Under the pieces are notes generated by a model. It saw nothing but the letters and a program-made list of their open reading frames with translations, was not told the origin of the DNA and made no database searches. DNA of 63,685 nt, the filler included, from Phoronis australis (lineage: Eukaryota > Animalia > Phoronida): NCBI GenBank assembly GCA_002633005.1. It is 11 parts of 11 records of this genome, joined end to end, with 100 filler letters (N's around TTAATTAATTAA, not from the genome) between each part and the next. Parts side by side here need not be neighbours in the genome. Positions count along the whole stretch, not along the records: positions 1 to 1,314 come from NMRA01001680.1; positions 1,415 to 6,505 come from NMRA01000027.1; positions 6,606 to 13,748 come from NMRA01000987.1; 8 more parts are not named here. One strand, written 5' to 3'. A program made the translations under genes and the position numbers. Of this stretch, positions 1 through 12,195 are shown piece by piece. The number at the start of each line of letters is the position of its first letter. Position 1 is the stretch's first letter.

Positions 1-481
1 GATATTATCCATCTTGTCATATTTCCTGATGACTACCTTGTAACTCTGTAGTAGAACTATGTTGACATTTGGAGACAAATACATGGTAATTTTGATATAA
101 AATGTTGTGACAAGTGCACAGCAGCTGTAAACAAGATGTGGCAGATGCCTGATAAATGTGCATCGTTGTGGGTAAATGCAGAAATTGACGGGAAATGTTG
201 AATTTGACATGGGACTATTTTTACTTGGCGAAATTCTTCAAATTCCGCCAAGTATGTTGCTCTGAGGTCAATTTTTTTTGTTTGCACTTTTCAGGTCGCA
301 ATTTTCGTCCGATCCACACGAAATTTATACTCAGTGTGTAGATCCGAAAGTGGTGGAAGCCTGTTTTGGTCATGATCAGATACGAGATGGCAGACATGGC
401 GGTCATTTTGTTTCTGATTTCAGTTTCAAATGCTCATAGAGGCCTCAATTTTTGACATACAAGGCTGAAAATTATTATGGT

Positions 482-550
482 TACCATATTCGCCCTAATA
501 ACCGCCCAGGGCACTTAGAAAAATTCATTTCAGGGGGCGCTTAAGGCGGT
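482..550 (+). mobile_element. Terminus of a non-autonomous DNA transposon (mariner/pogo-like TA-CC(G/A)TATTCGCCCTAATAA end)
   Basis: Sequence taccatattcgccctaataaccgcccagggc with a GGGCGCTTA motif. Related GGGCGGTTAACC/GGGCGCTTATT motifs occur twice at 3985-4070. Confidence 0.4.
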
Positions 551-1314
551 TGAAACCCGGTCTCCGAAACAGGCGAAATTGAAAGCTAAGATTCATCTTA
601 TTTACGCTCTGTGTATTTATAACCTATGACAGACTTTCCACAAAATTGTGGTGCATTGCTATCAAACTTTGCTGTTAAATTACGATCATTTTACAGAAAA
701 TTGTGCTTACATCCCAGGGCGAAAACTCGCCGACTGCCTGCCTCGCAATCGTCATTATGGCCACTTGAATGCTTGAATAAAAATACAGCTTCAACTCAAG
801 CAAGTTACCTGATAGTCCTCCTTAAGTTTTGCAGATGGTGGCCCTAAGATTTTTAAGTTTCCGTGGAGTCGGGATTAAGGGCAGGTTAAGTCCAAATCTG
901 TGCTAGATTGTGCCGTCTATGATCATAGGCCTACCCGGTAACACTAGAAATAAATCTCTGGATATGTTGTTGTCACGTGGTTTTTGTTTTGAAGTTCGTT
1001 TGCGTGTGTGAGTAAGCGAGCGCGTGCGTGTCACCAGAGTTCATTTGCCACAGTAAACGCAATCTGACGAGCTAGATGTTCATTGTATCCTAAGGAAATT
1101 AGCACACGTCAAGCAGAAAGCAGAACGTGTTTCATTCAGAACTTGCTGGTCTCGTCTGCTAAAAAACGTTCAACAATTGTCTCAGGAAGTCCCATAGTAG
1201 TCGCCGTGTGCTGGGCTGGATGCGTACGTGACGTGACTGAATTTTATAAAACTATGGCAGTAGATAGAGTTTTGAACGTACTTTCAAAAGTTGATTTTTA
1301 TTTTTCGCTAGGAT

Positions 1315-1414
1315 NNNNNNNNNNNNNNNNNNNNNNNNNNNNNNNNNNNNNNNNNNNNTTAATTAATTAANNNNNNNNNNNNNNNNNNNNNNNNNNNNNN
1401 NNNNNNNNNNNNNN
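1315..1414. other. Artificial scaffold spacer N-TTAATTAATTAA-N (first of 10; others near 6550, 13793, 16209, 17903, 42914, 44973, 46591, 49875, 56472)
   Basis: The identical 12-mer, with stops in all six frames, is embedded in N runs each time. Confidence 0.97.
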
Positions 1415-2312
1415 GATCATTGTTTTGAAATATAACTTAACTTGATAATGACTTCAGATGTTTTGCTTGAAACATGTAGCTGATATAACTGACTCAAGTT
1501 AACAAAATCAATTTTAAGTCTGTGTTTAACATTGGCACAGTCTTAAAAGAAAGTCTTCCCCAACTAGAGGCAGGGAAAATTAATTACTTTGTTAGTGGCT
1601 GGAGCTGGCACCATTTTTATAAATGGGTAACACTGGCCCTAACAAATTCAAGAATCGCCATAAATACAGCAAAATTAATTACCAAGTCTATGTTTTCAGA
1701 ATACCTATTGATACAAAATTATATGGCTCAGTGGAATTAAAAAACATGATGAATGCCAAAATCGCCCATGTCCCAATTTTCAGAATCAAGAAAATTCAAT
1801 TTCTGTTGAATATTGGTGTCCCAAATTTTGTAGACTTTCCTAAATTGGAAGATTTTTACTGTAATTTTTGTCTAACATAACAACTCACACCCTGCTTCAG
1901 TGACTAAAATCCAACCGAAAAAATGATATCAACGTGAGCATATCCAGAATGAAATCACTAGTCAACAAACGAAATCATTTTATTGCATTCTTCGGACAAT
2001 AATTACCTCACTTTTGACCAGGAATTCAATTCTGGAAGCCAATGTGAGTTTAAAAAGTCACCAGTTTTGTTCCTCGTGTCTGCCAATTATTTCAGAGTGT
2101 TTTATTGCTGTGATTTGTCGTCGCATGTGATTACTCTGCTCCAAAAAAAGAACTTGGATCAGTCAGCCTCGCCTCTGATCCATCAAAGTTGGGGCCAAAT
2201 ATCGACCCCATTCCCCTTTCAAAAATATTAAAAAGTCATGCAAAATTTCCCTCATCAGGTCAAAATATTTGCGGCTCAAAATGGCACACAAACAAATTCC
2301 ATCCGAAGGTGA

Positions 2313-2760
2313 CACGCCAAGGAATCATGACATCCCATCAATTGGGAATCTGTCAATGATATTGACAGTGAGAGCTGTTATTGTGAGGAAGATCATTGAA
2401 GCCCTACATTTTATACGGCACAAACCCTCTATTGACAGGGATNNNNNNNNNNNNNNNNNNNNNNNNNNNNNNNNNNNNNNNNNNNNNNNNNNNNNNNNNN
2501 NNNNNNNNNNNNNNNNNNNNNNNNNNNNNNNNNNNNNNNNNNNNNNNNNNNNNNNNNNNNNNNNNNNNNNNNNNNNNNNNNNNNNNNNNNNNNNNNNNNN
2601 NNNNNNNNNNNNNNNNNNNNNGGGGGGTAGAGTTACTGCCATTTACAACAGGCTTACTGCTAGTCAAGTGCCACCTGGCAGAAACTCTAACAATGACCAC
2701 CATCCTGAGGAAGGAGATTACTATCCCTGTTTCTTGCCCGAAAACCCTTGGTGAATAAAC
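2313..2760 (+). mobile_element. Penelope-like retroelement 3' end (degenerate GIY-YIG endonuclease C-terminus), interrupted by an N gap
   Basis: Frameshifted translation HAKES*HPINWESVNDIDSES..RKIIEALHFIRHKPSIDRD-[gap]-GVEL.AIYNRL matches the PLE GIY-YIG tail (H.I.W..V.I.D.E...RKI.EAI.I....P..NRD.G.EL..IY). Confidence 0.8.
2698..2753 (+). ncRNA. Putative minimal type I hammerhead ribozyme (degenerate) of the Penelope terminal repeat
   Basis: CACCA..CTGAGGA-agg...ccc-GAAA-accct-TGGTG: the CUGANGA and GAAA cores are enclosed by a CACCA/TGGTG stem, immediately 3' of the PLE ORF end. Confidence 0.55.
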
Positions 2761-3832
2761 AAATTCTACAACAGCAGAATTATGGAACGTCATGGGAGGA
2801 CATGTCTCACTGATGAACTCGATATGCACTCCTCTCACACTCTCAAGCAGACCATTTGAACAAGTTATTCACTGTAGTCAACAATAAAGTCAAAAGAACA
2901 GTTAAGCATGCCTTTTCCTGTTGGTTTATTCAATGAGGTGGAAGGAGGACAGAATGGTCAAATTTTGAGGGTGTGTGACACATACTGTTGTCTCCAAACT
3001 ACAATGGTTCTGCATGTTTGGAGCAGGTGCGCTTTCACGGTTTCGTTGTTGACACTAAAACAAGGCATGTCCCAAGCAAAAATGCACAACAACTGCTTTT
3101 GCAGCGCCACCTAACTGACTGCGCAATTAGTGCCTGAGCAAAGTGGGTTCTTTGTGGTACAAGATGGGGGTCTGTTCCTTACAAGCATGCATTGCTTAAC
3201 TTACTACTATTAGGTGTTAGTAGTGCTGGCATATTCAATAACTAGTTTTGAAAGTGATTTTTCCCAAGTCCATTATCCTCATGTGGAGAACTTCTTGATT
3301 ACACTGGCCACCACTAACATTCCCTGAGCCCCAGACAACTTTTATAATGCCTATTCATCATGGCCTTTGTACTGATGGAGATCTGAGCTAATGAAGTGGA
3401 ATTGTAATAGGGTCAGATAAACTAAACAATGAATACAGTTTAATGTGTTTAATCTGCAGACCACATTAAAACCATTAGAACAAGGAGACCCAACAGGAAG
3501 GGTTCCAACCAAACACAGTCCTATAGGGGTAGAGATTGATACTTTCCACCTTACCCCAGTTTTGCATTTAGACATATAATTGACAGGCAGCAAGATGATG
3601 CAGCAAGATGATTGAGCGCAAACTGCTCTACCTCACAAAGGGGTGGCAAAAGTAATTGTCATCCCCAGTGCCAATTTGCTCCAGATCAGTCCTGTTTATG
3701 CACATACTTGCACTAGAACATCTTGTCAGCTGATTGGTGTAAACTTTTGTAGTGTAAGCAGCACTTATGAACAACACTAACAGTACAATGAAAGCGCTTG
3801 GAGGAGCGACACTTGGCGAAATGGACGGAAAA

Positions 3833-3900
3833 GACGATGATGGACATGACCACGATGATGATTATGATGATGATTATGATGATGAAGGTGGCGACGATAA
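3833..3900. repeat. Imperfect (GAT)n microsatellite
   Basis: gacgatgatgg...gatgatgattatgatgatgattatgatgatgaag. Confidence 0.85.
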
Positions 3901-4292
3901 ACAATATGATAACATTCATATGACTAGGAAGATGTATAGAAGATGAGAATTTGATTTAGAGGCAAACAATAGGTTATCAGGGGTTGGCGGTTAACCGGAC
4001 ATGGGCGCTTAAACATGAAATTTCAAGAAATCACGGGTGGGCGGTTAACCGAACATGGGCGCTTATTACAACAGATAACCAGGGTGACCTCATGATCCCA
4101 GAACCCCCACACATAACTAGAACGTGTAGCTCTTTTCAGAGCTTTATCGCCACGTCGCCAAATGATGGTAAAAATGTCATAACAACGGATGATCCCAACA
4201 AAGGTTCTGTTGCCCGCAGATTAATCATTTCAGCTAAATTTACAAAATTGCTGAGTAATAGCCCGTGCCGTCCTGCGGTCTTGTTAGAGCCG

Positions 4293-4392
4293 TAGACCAG
4301 TGACTATGCAGCGCTCCACTTGGATTGCAGTTATCCTCACGTGGAGATAGTGCAAAGTGCACGCGTGCAAGGTTCACGCGCTGTATAGTCAC
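4293..4392. repeat. Small inverted-repeat element (possible ~95-bp MITE)
   Basis: gtgactatgcagcgc (4300-4314) pairs with gcgctgtatagtcac (4378-4392), 14/15. Confidence 0.45.
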
Positions 4393-4894
4393 AGAAGAGT
4401 CATTTGTTAGGTGTCAAGTTCTGAGTTAGACAGTTTTAAATTGTTTGTAATCAAAGTTTGAAAAAAACTAATTCAAGTGTTTTTTGTGTTTGGGATGTTT
4501 ATGTTCCAGATTCCGTGATTCAATGACATTTTCAACGTAAGGTTTTGCAGCTGTTTTATTTCCACCGCTTGGCGGAGGTTCCTGGCAGACATAAGCCAGT
4601 GATCAATCAAAAGTTACCGCAAAGGCATTACTCAAAAACAGGTACTTGAGATTTTAATTTTAAAAAATTCTAACACTATGTATGGGACGAGTCTACAGTA
4701 GAGTCTGAGAAAGAAGTAGTCCATACACATACCTGCATCGGTAAAAATAATTCGAAGACGAAGCCCCCATTATTCAGGTAACCGGCACCATTGGTTTGTT
4801 ATACGGCTAGATTAGTGAGGAGTTCCAACGAGTAAAGTGTCCTTACCGAGTCAGTGTTGTTGCAAACAGGAATCAGCGCTAGATATAACAAGCT

Positions 4895-5465
4895 GTAGGT
4901 CCCATTGCCAACCTGAATTTTGAAAATGCCGGCTGAGATTTTGGTCATCTTGTATTTAGTTGTAGCATGCGACCTGGAATTTCCAATGTACGGACCACGG
5001 CATACATATGAGATAAAACATCACAAAACAGCGATGTTTCTATTCATTGTTAAACGCTCAACTTACCAAATTTTGTGGTGGAAAAACATTTATATTTTAC
5101 ATGCAAGATTTCCAGATTATCCTATAGTTTATATCACCAACAACATCGCACTGTGACACTCTTCCGTCTCACTGTTTACGCGCAATATCCTCGCAAACGA
5201 TCGTGACTTGGAAATGGCAGCAATTATAACGACCTGTTTCAATGTGCGTCTCGTTTTCTATGGCAAAAGACAGATGCAAACAAATTCTCAAGACCTTCTT
5301 TCCGGGGTTGAGCACCCGCATATGAGTCACCTGTCATTCACATATGCAGTCAAGGTAACTATGCACTCCAGAGTGTGGGAACTCAGTCGCGCACACCACA
5401 CCAAAGTCGCACATCAAAAGAGAACAGTGACCGTACAAAGTATAAGAGTATAACGGCTTGACTGT
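4895..5465 (+). mobile_element. Decayed copy of a dispersed hAT-like non-autonomous family (also 27205-27860 + and 54990-55894 -)
   Basis: Shares blocks gctgagattttggt..atgcgacctggaatttccaa, tgtggtggaaaaacat and gcacatcaaaagagaacag with the other copies. Confidence 0.65.
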
Positions 5466-5798
5466 AGGTTTAAGCTGACCGAGGGTGTTTATTTGACACT
5501 GAACTTGGGCATCCTGCTGTTTTAAAAAAACAACGTTCCCCAAAAATGCCACGTGAAGTCTCAGTTCTGATAATTCTTGGCTTGATGTTCCCTAGGCCCG
5601 ATGGGTTCACCCCCTCCCCCACTGCTGCCAATTTTCAGTCAGCCTACGACGTAGATATTTCAGACTCAAATGGGAAGGATTTTGTTCCGGCTGAAACTAG
5701 CCAATGAAGAAACAAAATTTCTCGGGAGGGGTAAAATTGGAAACAATATTCACAAAGTTAAGGTAATTCCTCAACATCTGAGAGCTTCCCACCTAAAN

Positions 5799-6505
5799 GA
5801 CTTGAGATCATTGTTTTGAAATATAACTTAACTCGACAATGACTTGAGATCATTGTTTTGAAATATAACTTAACTTGACAATGACTTGAGATCATTGTTT
5901 TGAAATATAACTTAACTTGACATTGACTTGAGATCATTGTTTTGAAATATAACTTAACTTGACATTGATTTGAGATCATTGTTTCGAAATATAACTTAAC
6001 TTGACAATGACTTGAGATCATTGTTTTGAAATATAACTTAACTTGACAATGACTTGAGATCATTGTTTTGAAATATAACTTGACATTGACTTGAGATCAT
6101 TGTTTTGAAATATAACTTAACTTGACAATGACTTGAGATCATTGTTTTGAAATATAACTTTACTTGACAATGACTTGAGATCATTGTTTTGAAATATAAC
6201 TTAACTTGACAATGACTTGAGATCATTATTTTGAAATATAACTTAACTTGACAATGACTTGAGATCATTATTTTGAAATATAACTTAACTTGACAATGAC
6301 TTGAGATCATTATTTTGAAATATAACTTAACTTGACAATGACTTGAGATCATTGTTTTGAAATATAACTTAACTTGACAATGACTTGAGATCATTGTTTT
6401 GAAATATAACTTAACTTGACAATGACTTGAGATCATTGTTTTGAAATATAACTTAACTTGACAATGACTTGAGATCATTGTTTTGAAATATAACTTAACT
6501 TGACA
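5799..6505. repeat. 42-bp minisatellite, ~17 units, running into a gap; about one further unit at 1415-1455
   Basis: Unit gacttgagatcattgttttgaaatataacttaacttgacaat. One unit near 6075 lacks 5 bp. It produces the MISSHCQVKLYFKT pseudo-ORFs. Confidence 0.97.
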
Positions 6506-6605
6506 NNNNNNNNNNNNNNNNNNNNNNNNNNNNNNNNNNNNNNNNNNNNTTAATTAATTAANNNNNNNNNNNNNNNNNNNNNNNNNNNNNNNNNNNNNNN
6601 NNNNN

Positions 6606-6919
6606 ATTCCACGTTATAGACATACTCTTGTAGTTGTAGCGACAGCAGACGATAATGTAGGCCTAGTTCTTGGGGTGGTCTGTTCCAATAGGAAGCGATG
6701 AATCAGCGCGGCTTTGCGTGATTTTGCATTTCACATCATAAAGAGTTCCATAGCAACTCGAGTATGAGTGTCAGATTTGAGTACGTTTGGAGTCTACTCA
6801 AAATACGACATTAGATACGCTTTTTTGAGTACGACTCCAGTGAGCACGATTTTGAGTATGAAATCTCGAGTATGAGTATGAGTCTGAGTACGGAGATTGG
6901 AGACCGGGCCCAGGCCCTG
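6606..6919 (+). repeat. Dispersed repeat / DNA-transposon end with GAGTA(T/C) subrepeats; near-identical copy at 15034-15339
   Basis: About 305 bp is almost identical between the two loci. Contains gagtatgagtatgagtctgagtac and ends in ...caggccctg. Confidence 0.85.
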
Positions 6920-6976
6920 GTTTAAAAGTCTGAAAGCCTGGTTTTGCTAGATCAGGGAGCAGTTGCGTAACACCAG

Positions 6977-7115
6977 ACGTGCGTTCTGTAAACGCTAGGA
7001 CCTAGCTAAAATCTAGTCAAAGTCACGTGTTCGTATTTAAAAGACACGGCAATATCTCACGTTATCTCGCGAAGTCTTGCTTTTTAGCGAAGTCCTAGCG
7101 TTACTGAACTGGAGG
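6977..7115 (-). mobile_element. PIF/Harbinger-like MITE, copy 1 (copy 2 inverted at 11151-11300)
   Basis: Subterminal inverted repeats gttc(a/t)gtaa.gctaggac / gtcctagcgttactgaac. Flanked by CAG/CTG here and CAG/CAG at 11148/11301. Confidence 0.7.
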
Positions 7116-7285
7116 CTGGTTTAAAGTATCCAAGGCACCCTACTGTGTAGAGCTCGATTAACCCAACAAAGAAACTGTTGAGGTGCTTCAACAGAACTGT
7201 GATCACGTGAGTATCAATGAGAGAATACGGTTGCATGTAAAATCAGTGCAGACGTGCATCTCCTGGTGGCTCTGTCATCATTAAA

Positions 7286-7790
7286 ATGAGTAGAAAACGG
7301 CCGGAAAACTTTTCTCCAGAGGAAAAAGGTTTCCTCAAAGAACTGATTACCGGTACAGAAAAAATCGAGGTCAAAGGGAACAAGATTATGATGTCTGTCA
7401 TTTTCTGTTTTGTCATTGAAGTTTGAGTCGTCGTAAAATTGAAATTAGTTTTCTGTCGCTCTAAAATTGCGTCTGCGACGCACGCCGCGACGTTTTTCAG
7501 CAGCACGGTTGAGCACATGTACATCGCGCAAGCCTGAATCAGTCACCTTTACGGTGTTAAACCTGAGTCTGACCAGGTTTAAAGTCTTAGCACATGTCTA
7601 AAAATTTTAGACCACGGTGGAGAAATGAAAGGTGTCTTAGGCCAGGTTTAAACTGGAGTTAAACCAGGTTTTCCTAGAACACTGGTCTAAAAGTTAAATC
7701 ACCCTTATGAAACGCGGATAATCTTTAAATCTGGTCTTAGTCCACTTTAAACCAGGTGTAACTTTAAACCACCATTATGAAGTCGGATAA
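7286..7790 (+). mobile_element. Harbinger remnant: Myb/SANT-like ORF2 start plus terminal region with TAAACC(A/T)GG repeats
   Basis: MSRKRPENFSPEEKGFLKELITGTEKIEVKG resembles the R..NFS.EEK.LL.EL Myb/SANT-like start. ttaaaccagg is repeated, and ...ttatgaa ends occur at 7540-7790. Confidence 0.5.
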
Positions 7791-7796
7791 AAGAGA

Positions 7797-8510
7797 GTGG
7801 AAGTCCAAATTATGCCACTTAACATCATCACGGTCAGAATTCCATCTTTCAAATTAGTGGAATGGAATGACACGCTACAGCTCCCACACGAAGGCATTGT
7901 AAATAAAATGCTTACCACGACTGTTAAGAAACCAGTTGATTCGCCATGGAGCAATAGCGTTGTCAAGGTACGGAAAAAGGTCCTGGTGCTCTTCGATTCT
8001 GTGGCGAAAACGCAGTGATTAAAAAGATGCTTACCCGTTGCCTCGCACTGACACTGTCTCAGGTGGCTCTGTGGGCCAAAGTCCTGTTTTTCGTCATTAG
8101 ATGGGGCATGTGGGTGTTGGCAGGTTCCCATGAAAGAACCTGACAGGAAGAAAACTTCGTTGGCATGTCACAGGGGACTGTTTCAGTTACGGTCTGTAAG
8201 GTTTTATGCAAGCGCTACCTTTCAGCGGCTCGTCAAGAAAGATCTCAAGACACGCGGTGGAAGAATGCTCTCATGTACAGTGATGACGTTTTGGTGTTTT
8301 GTCATTTTGGGGGTCCTTCGGCCACCTTTGAGAATTCTTCACGGAATGGTGAGTCGTGGTTACGGCTGAAGCCGAAGTAGTGCATTCTGTTCCGTGTCAT
8401 TCTCAGGAAACGTGGTTTCGGAAAGCGGATTGACATGCGATCCGCGCAAAGAAGCAGCGGTTGCAGATTGGAAGACGTCACCCGCGCCAGTTGCGGACGT
8501 CCAGTGTTGT
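7797..8510 (+). mobile_element. pol: Ty3/gypsy reverse transcriptase fragment (degenerate)
   Basis: SPWSNSVVKVRKK, FSSLD..CG.WQVPMKEPDRKKTSLACHRGLFQ, ASATFQRLV, ALMYSDDVLVF, LRLKPK*C, CDPRKEAAVADW. Confidence 0.85.
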
Positions 8511-8704
8511 TGTAAAAAAATTAGAGGTAAGTAGGCACCGAATGCCCACCGTATCACCTTGAGCACTGAATTTTAAAAGTGCACTGAATTCGCACTATAA
8601 CGTAAATTACGGTGCGTAGGCGCTACGTTTTAATGCCAAAAAGGAGGTTGGCTGCGCCTACATGAGCCTACGCCTCACCACAGCACTACGGACGTCCTCC
8701 GTTG

Positions 8705-10919
8705 CTAAATAATAACTTTGAATGTGAAGTTTGTGAAACCCACCATGATGATAAAGGAAACCTTGTTGTCATCGAATTACTTATTGAAAATCAAGTCTCA
8801 ATAACGTTAACTAATCATTTGCAGCGACTGGAATTTGGTTCAGCACTTCAATCTTGACTGTTTAGGATACACGCACCAACACAATCCGGCTTTAAGAGAA
8901 CAAGTTATCAGTCTGATGTCGCAGATGAATGTGGTCGACCCCTTGGTTCAGAATTACCCTTGTGAGCAAGCGCGTCTGGACCAATTGTCTGGACTATTTT
9001 CTAGTGTCCAGATTATAGAACCGATCACCATTGTGTCGTGACTACTGTTCAGGCCTCTAAATTTGTTATAGGTAAAGGTCTCTGGCGACTTAACAAATCC
9101 TTATTACGTGATGTAGAATACATTAATAATGTGGAAGACATCATAGTTAAAACAGAGAAGGAATATTTAACTCCTGATAATGACTCCAATTTGTCAGACA
9201 ATCAGTCGACTATAGACAACTCTCTTCTTCTTGAGATGATTCTACTAAATATTAGAAATTAACTTTGTCTTATTCAGCTTTCAAGAAAAAAGAAAAGCAT
9301 CGACATGAAAAGAATTTAGAGGAGCAAATAAGTCTTCTTAGAGAACTGATGTGCAACAATAATTCTGCTATGCTCCTTGAAATTCAGTCAGATTTGCAGA
9401 AAGATTACAAAGAAATTAGAAAGGACAAAGTGAAAGGCATGAGGCTGAGATCTAGGGCAAAATGTATCGAGGATGGTGAAAAACCGTCCAAATATTTTAG
9501 TAACTTAGAGAAACGCAATTACTGGTTCACCTCTTTTACACACTTCCTCTTCCAAGTGCTACTTTTTTCAAGGAATTTGAAAAAATATTTTTAATTATAT
9601 ATGGGTACCTCTTCTGATAGAATCTCTAGAAAGACCATGGTACAGAAATCTGAAGATGGAGGTGGGAATATGGTCCATACTGCTGACTTAGATTCGGAGA
9701 TTCTTCAAAAATTATTATCTCAATATTTCTCCTTGGCTAAATATTTTATGTGAAACTATTCCTAATATAAAAATGATTCTTTTCAGTTAGGTTCTTGTTT
9801 TTTCCTTGAAGTAGCTAACCGTACTAAGAATATTTTCGGAAGGACATTTTTATATCTTATACCAATTTATCAATCTGTGTGAGATAGATAACCCTTTGTA
9901 CCAACCTTTGTGGTGTAACCCTAAAATTTGTATAAACAGTAGTCCAGTTTTTGGAAGGAGTGGTTTCAAAAGGGTATACGATACGTATACGATTTAATTG
10001 ACCCTGATAAAGGATATATTTATGATTATCATACCTTTTGTACACGTTTTTAATTTTATCCTTGTATTACTCATTTTTATGGAATTCGAAGTTCAATACG
10101 TCGTTCCTGGTATCATCTAACAGACAAGAGTACTATAGTCACTCCATTTTTTCCAGAACATATTTGTCGAATCTCTTCAGAAAATAAAGGGACGGGGAAC
10201 ATCTATCAATTATTCATTTCCAAGTTGTATATAAAACCTGTCGCGGATTGAATTGAAGTGGGAGAGCGAAATTAACTTATGCGATGATACTCAGTCTTGG
10301 AAAAATTCATTCTGTAATTTATCATTGTACTTCCGATGTCAGACTCAGATGGTTTCAATTCAGTATCAACCACAGACTTATTGGTACAAACTCTTATTTA
10401 AAGAAAATAGGTGTTAGTGAATCGTCTTTGTGTTCTTTATGTGAGCAACATGAAGAAACAATTGTACATTTGTATTGGGAATGTTTACTTGTTCAGAAGT
10501 TTTGGGGATGATTAAAAGCATAGATGATAAATCAGTGCAATTTCCCTCTACAGATAAATATGTCTTGTTTGGAAATCTAGCGTGTAGATTAGATGCTGTA
10601 AATTTAATTCTTTGCTTAGCGAAATTCCACTTATATAGGCAAAGACTGCAAAAGGCTAAGCCCAATTTTCAGTCATTTTTACATGAGGTATGTGATTACC
10701 ACAACCTGGAAAAAATATTTAAAACGATAAATTGGATCTTACAATGATAAATTGTATCCTGAGAGATTCCAGGCAAGGTGGTCTTCTTTTTCGCCTAGCA
10801 ACTAGCTATTATAGGGTTCGATAATGTTCGTGATTTGTTTCGTGTACTTGACTAGATTTCATATTGCTGTACAAATATGTACTGGTTGGTTGAATTAATA
10901 AATGTTTCATTAAAAAAAA
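8705..10919 (+). mobile_element. L1/Tx1-clade LINE ORF2 remnant: APE endonuclease and C-terminal zinc finger kept, RT deleted, A-rich tail
   Basis: DDKGNLVVIEL, QARLD, GKGLWRLNKSLLRD.EY, RSRAKCIEDGEKPSKYFSNLEK, DRISRKTM..EDGG, PLWCNP, RWFQFSINHRLIGTN..CSLCEQHEETIVHLYWEC..VQKFW; aataaa..A8 at 10896-10919. Confidence 0.88.
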
Positions 10920-11150
10920 TTGCTTCGCATCAACATTCCATGAACTAATGTTCACCGTTCGTGTTTTTTCGAGTATCAATAAATATGTATGTATATACGT
11001 TGTACCAATATGTATGTAAAACTAAACATGCTAATGCCTACGTCACACCCACATGCATATCTCTCACGTGATCCTCGTAATGGCACCTATTGTGATAGAA
11101 AATAACGTCAGCGACATCTGTTTCCGATGTATTGAGGAGGCACAGAACAG

Positions 11151-11300
11151 CCTCCTGTTCAGTAACACTAGGACCTCGCTAAAAAACAAGACTTCGCGGG
11201 ATTACGTGAGATGTTGCCGTGTATTTTAAATGAGAACACGTGGCTTTGGCTAGATTTTAGCTAGGTCCTAGCGTAGGTCCTACCGTTACTGAACGCACGC
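11151..11300 (+). mobile_element. PIF/Harbinger-like MITE, copy 2
   Basis: Reverse-complement homolog of 6977-7115, with CAG on both flanks. Confidence 0.7.
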
Positions 11301-11303
11301 CAG

Positions 11304-11840
11304 TTCTCACAGGGGTTTGCCTGTCAGAACACACCTCAATGGACTCTTCACCCTTTCTTCACTTTGTCAAAAACTGCATGCAAAGAAAAACAAATTTTGA
11401 GTCACTTCACATCACAAGCCCTACAGATGAGCACAGAAACTTTATTCTCTCTTGTATTTTTGACCCTTTCACTCCCACTGAAAACCAAGCTCAACTAAGA
11501 AAAATAGGGGGGAAAATGCAAATTCGGCACTTTTGACCCCAAAACCACCACTTCCCTGCCGATGGTCTTCGAAAGCCAGCATTATATTCCGAAAGGAAAT
11601 TTTCTACCGATTCCAAAGTTGTGGACCAAAAGTACTGTCAACAACTAGTTTTTTAGAAATCTGGCTTGTTTGAGGGCTACCTGAAATCGCGGCCAAATTT
11701 TCAGTTGCACAATTGCAACAGGGGGCCATCATCTTGAAGTGCGCAGCTACAACCGAACAAGTGGAATTTTTTATTCTCAGCATGTTCACAAATACATACA
11801 GACCACATTCATTTGGCCTACATACAATACCTAACTAAAA
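11304..11840 (+). repeat. Dispersed repeat; inverted diverged copy at ~52830-53190
   Basis: Shared blocks ctcaatggactc.tcaccctttcttcact, ccccaaaaccaccacttccctgccgat and ttctcagcatgttcacaaataca. Confidence 0.8.
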
Positions 11841-11949
11841 ACTTCCCCCAAGCGTGGCCTATCCTAGATTTTAATATTTTGGTAGTGCAAATTGGCCGCG
11901 GCCGCAGTCTAACTGTTCAGTGCTACCTGAGGATTTTACAGTGTTGGGT

Positions 11950-12195
11950 AGGCGGGGTGGTGTTATTACAGTATGGAAAAAGTGTTGTTGTGGATTCTTG
12001 GGTGTTGTGACGATTGTGGGGAGTGTTCTGGCGATTGCGGGTGGTGTTGTAGCGATTATCGGTGGTGTTGTGGAGATTGAAGGAGGTGTTGTAGCGCTTG
12101 TGAGGGGTGTTGTGAACTTTGTAGCGTGTTGTGAACGTTATAGGGTGTTGTGATATATGCAGGGTGCAGTAATATTTGCGGGGTGTTGTGGCACC
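11950..12195. repeat. Degenerate ~21-bp GT-rich tandem repeat
   Basis: ggtgttgt(g/a) recurs at ~21-bp spacing. Confidence 0.7.

Noticed and set aside
1359-1370. Recurrent TTAATTAATTAA as a biological motif or TTAA target
   Set aside because: It is always centred in N runs, so it is an assembly linker.
2808-2850. Second CTGATGA as another hammerhead
   Set aside because: There is no downstream GAAA core or enclosing stems.
3713-3919. Poly-Ile membrane protein ORF
   Set aside because: It is the antisense translation of a GAT microsatellite.
5758-6478. Repetitive ORFs (MISSHCQVKLYFKT)n as a repeat protein, or the array as CRISPR
   Set aside because: These are a by-product of a 42-bp head-to-tail minisatellite. 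One unit is frameshifted, and there are no unique spacers or cas genes.
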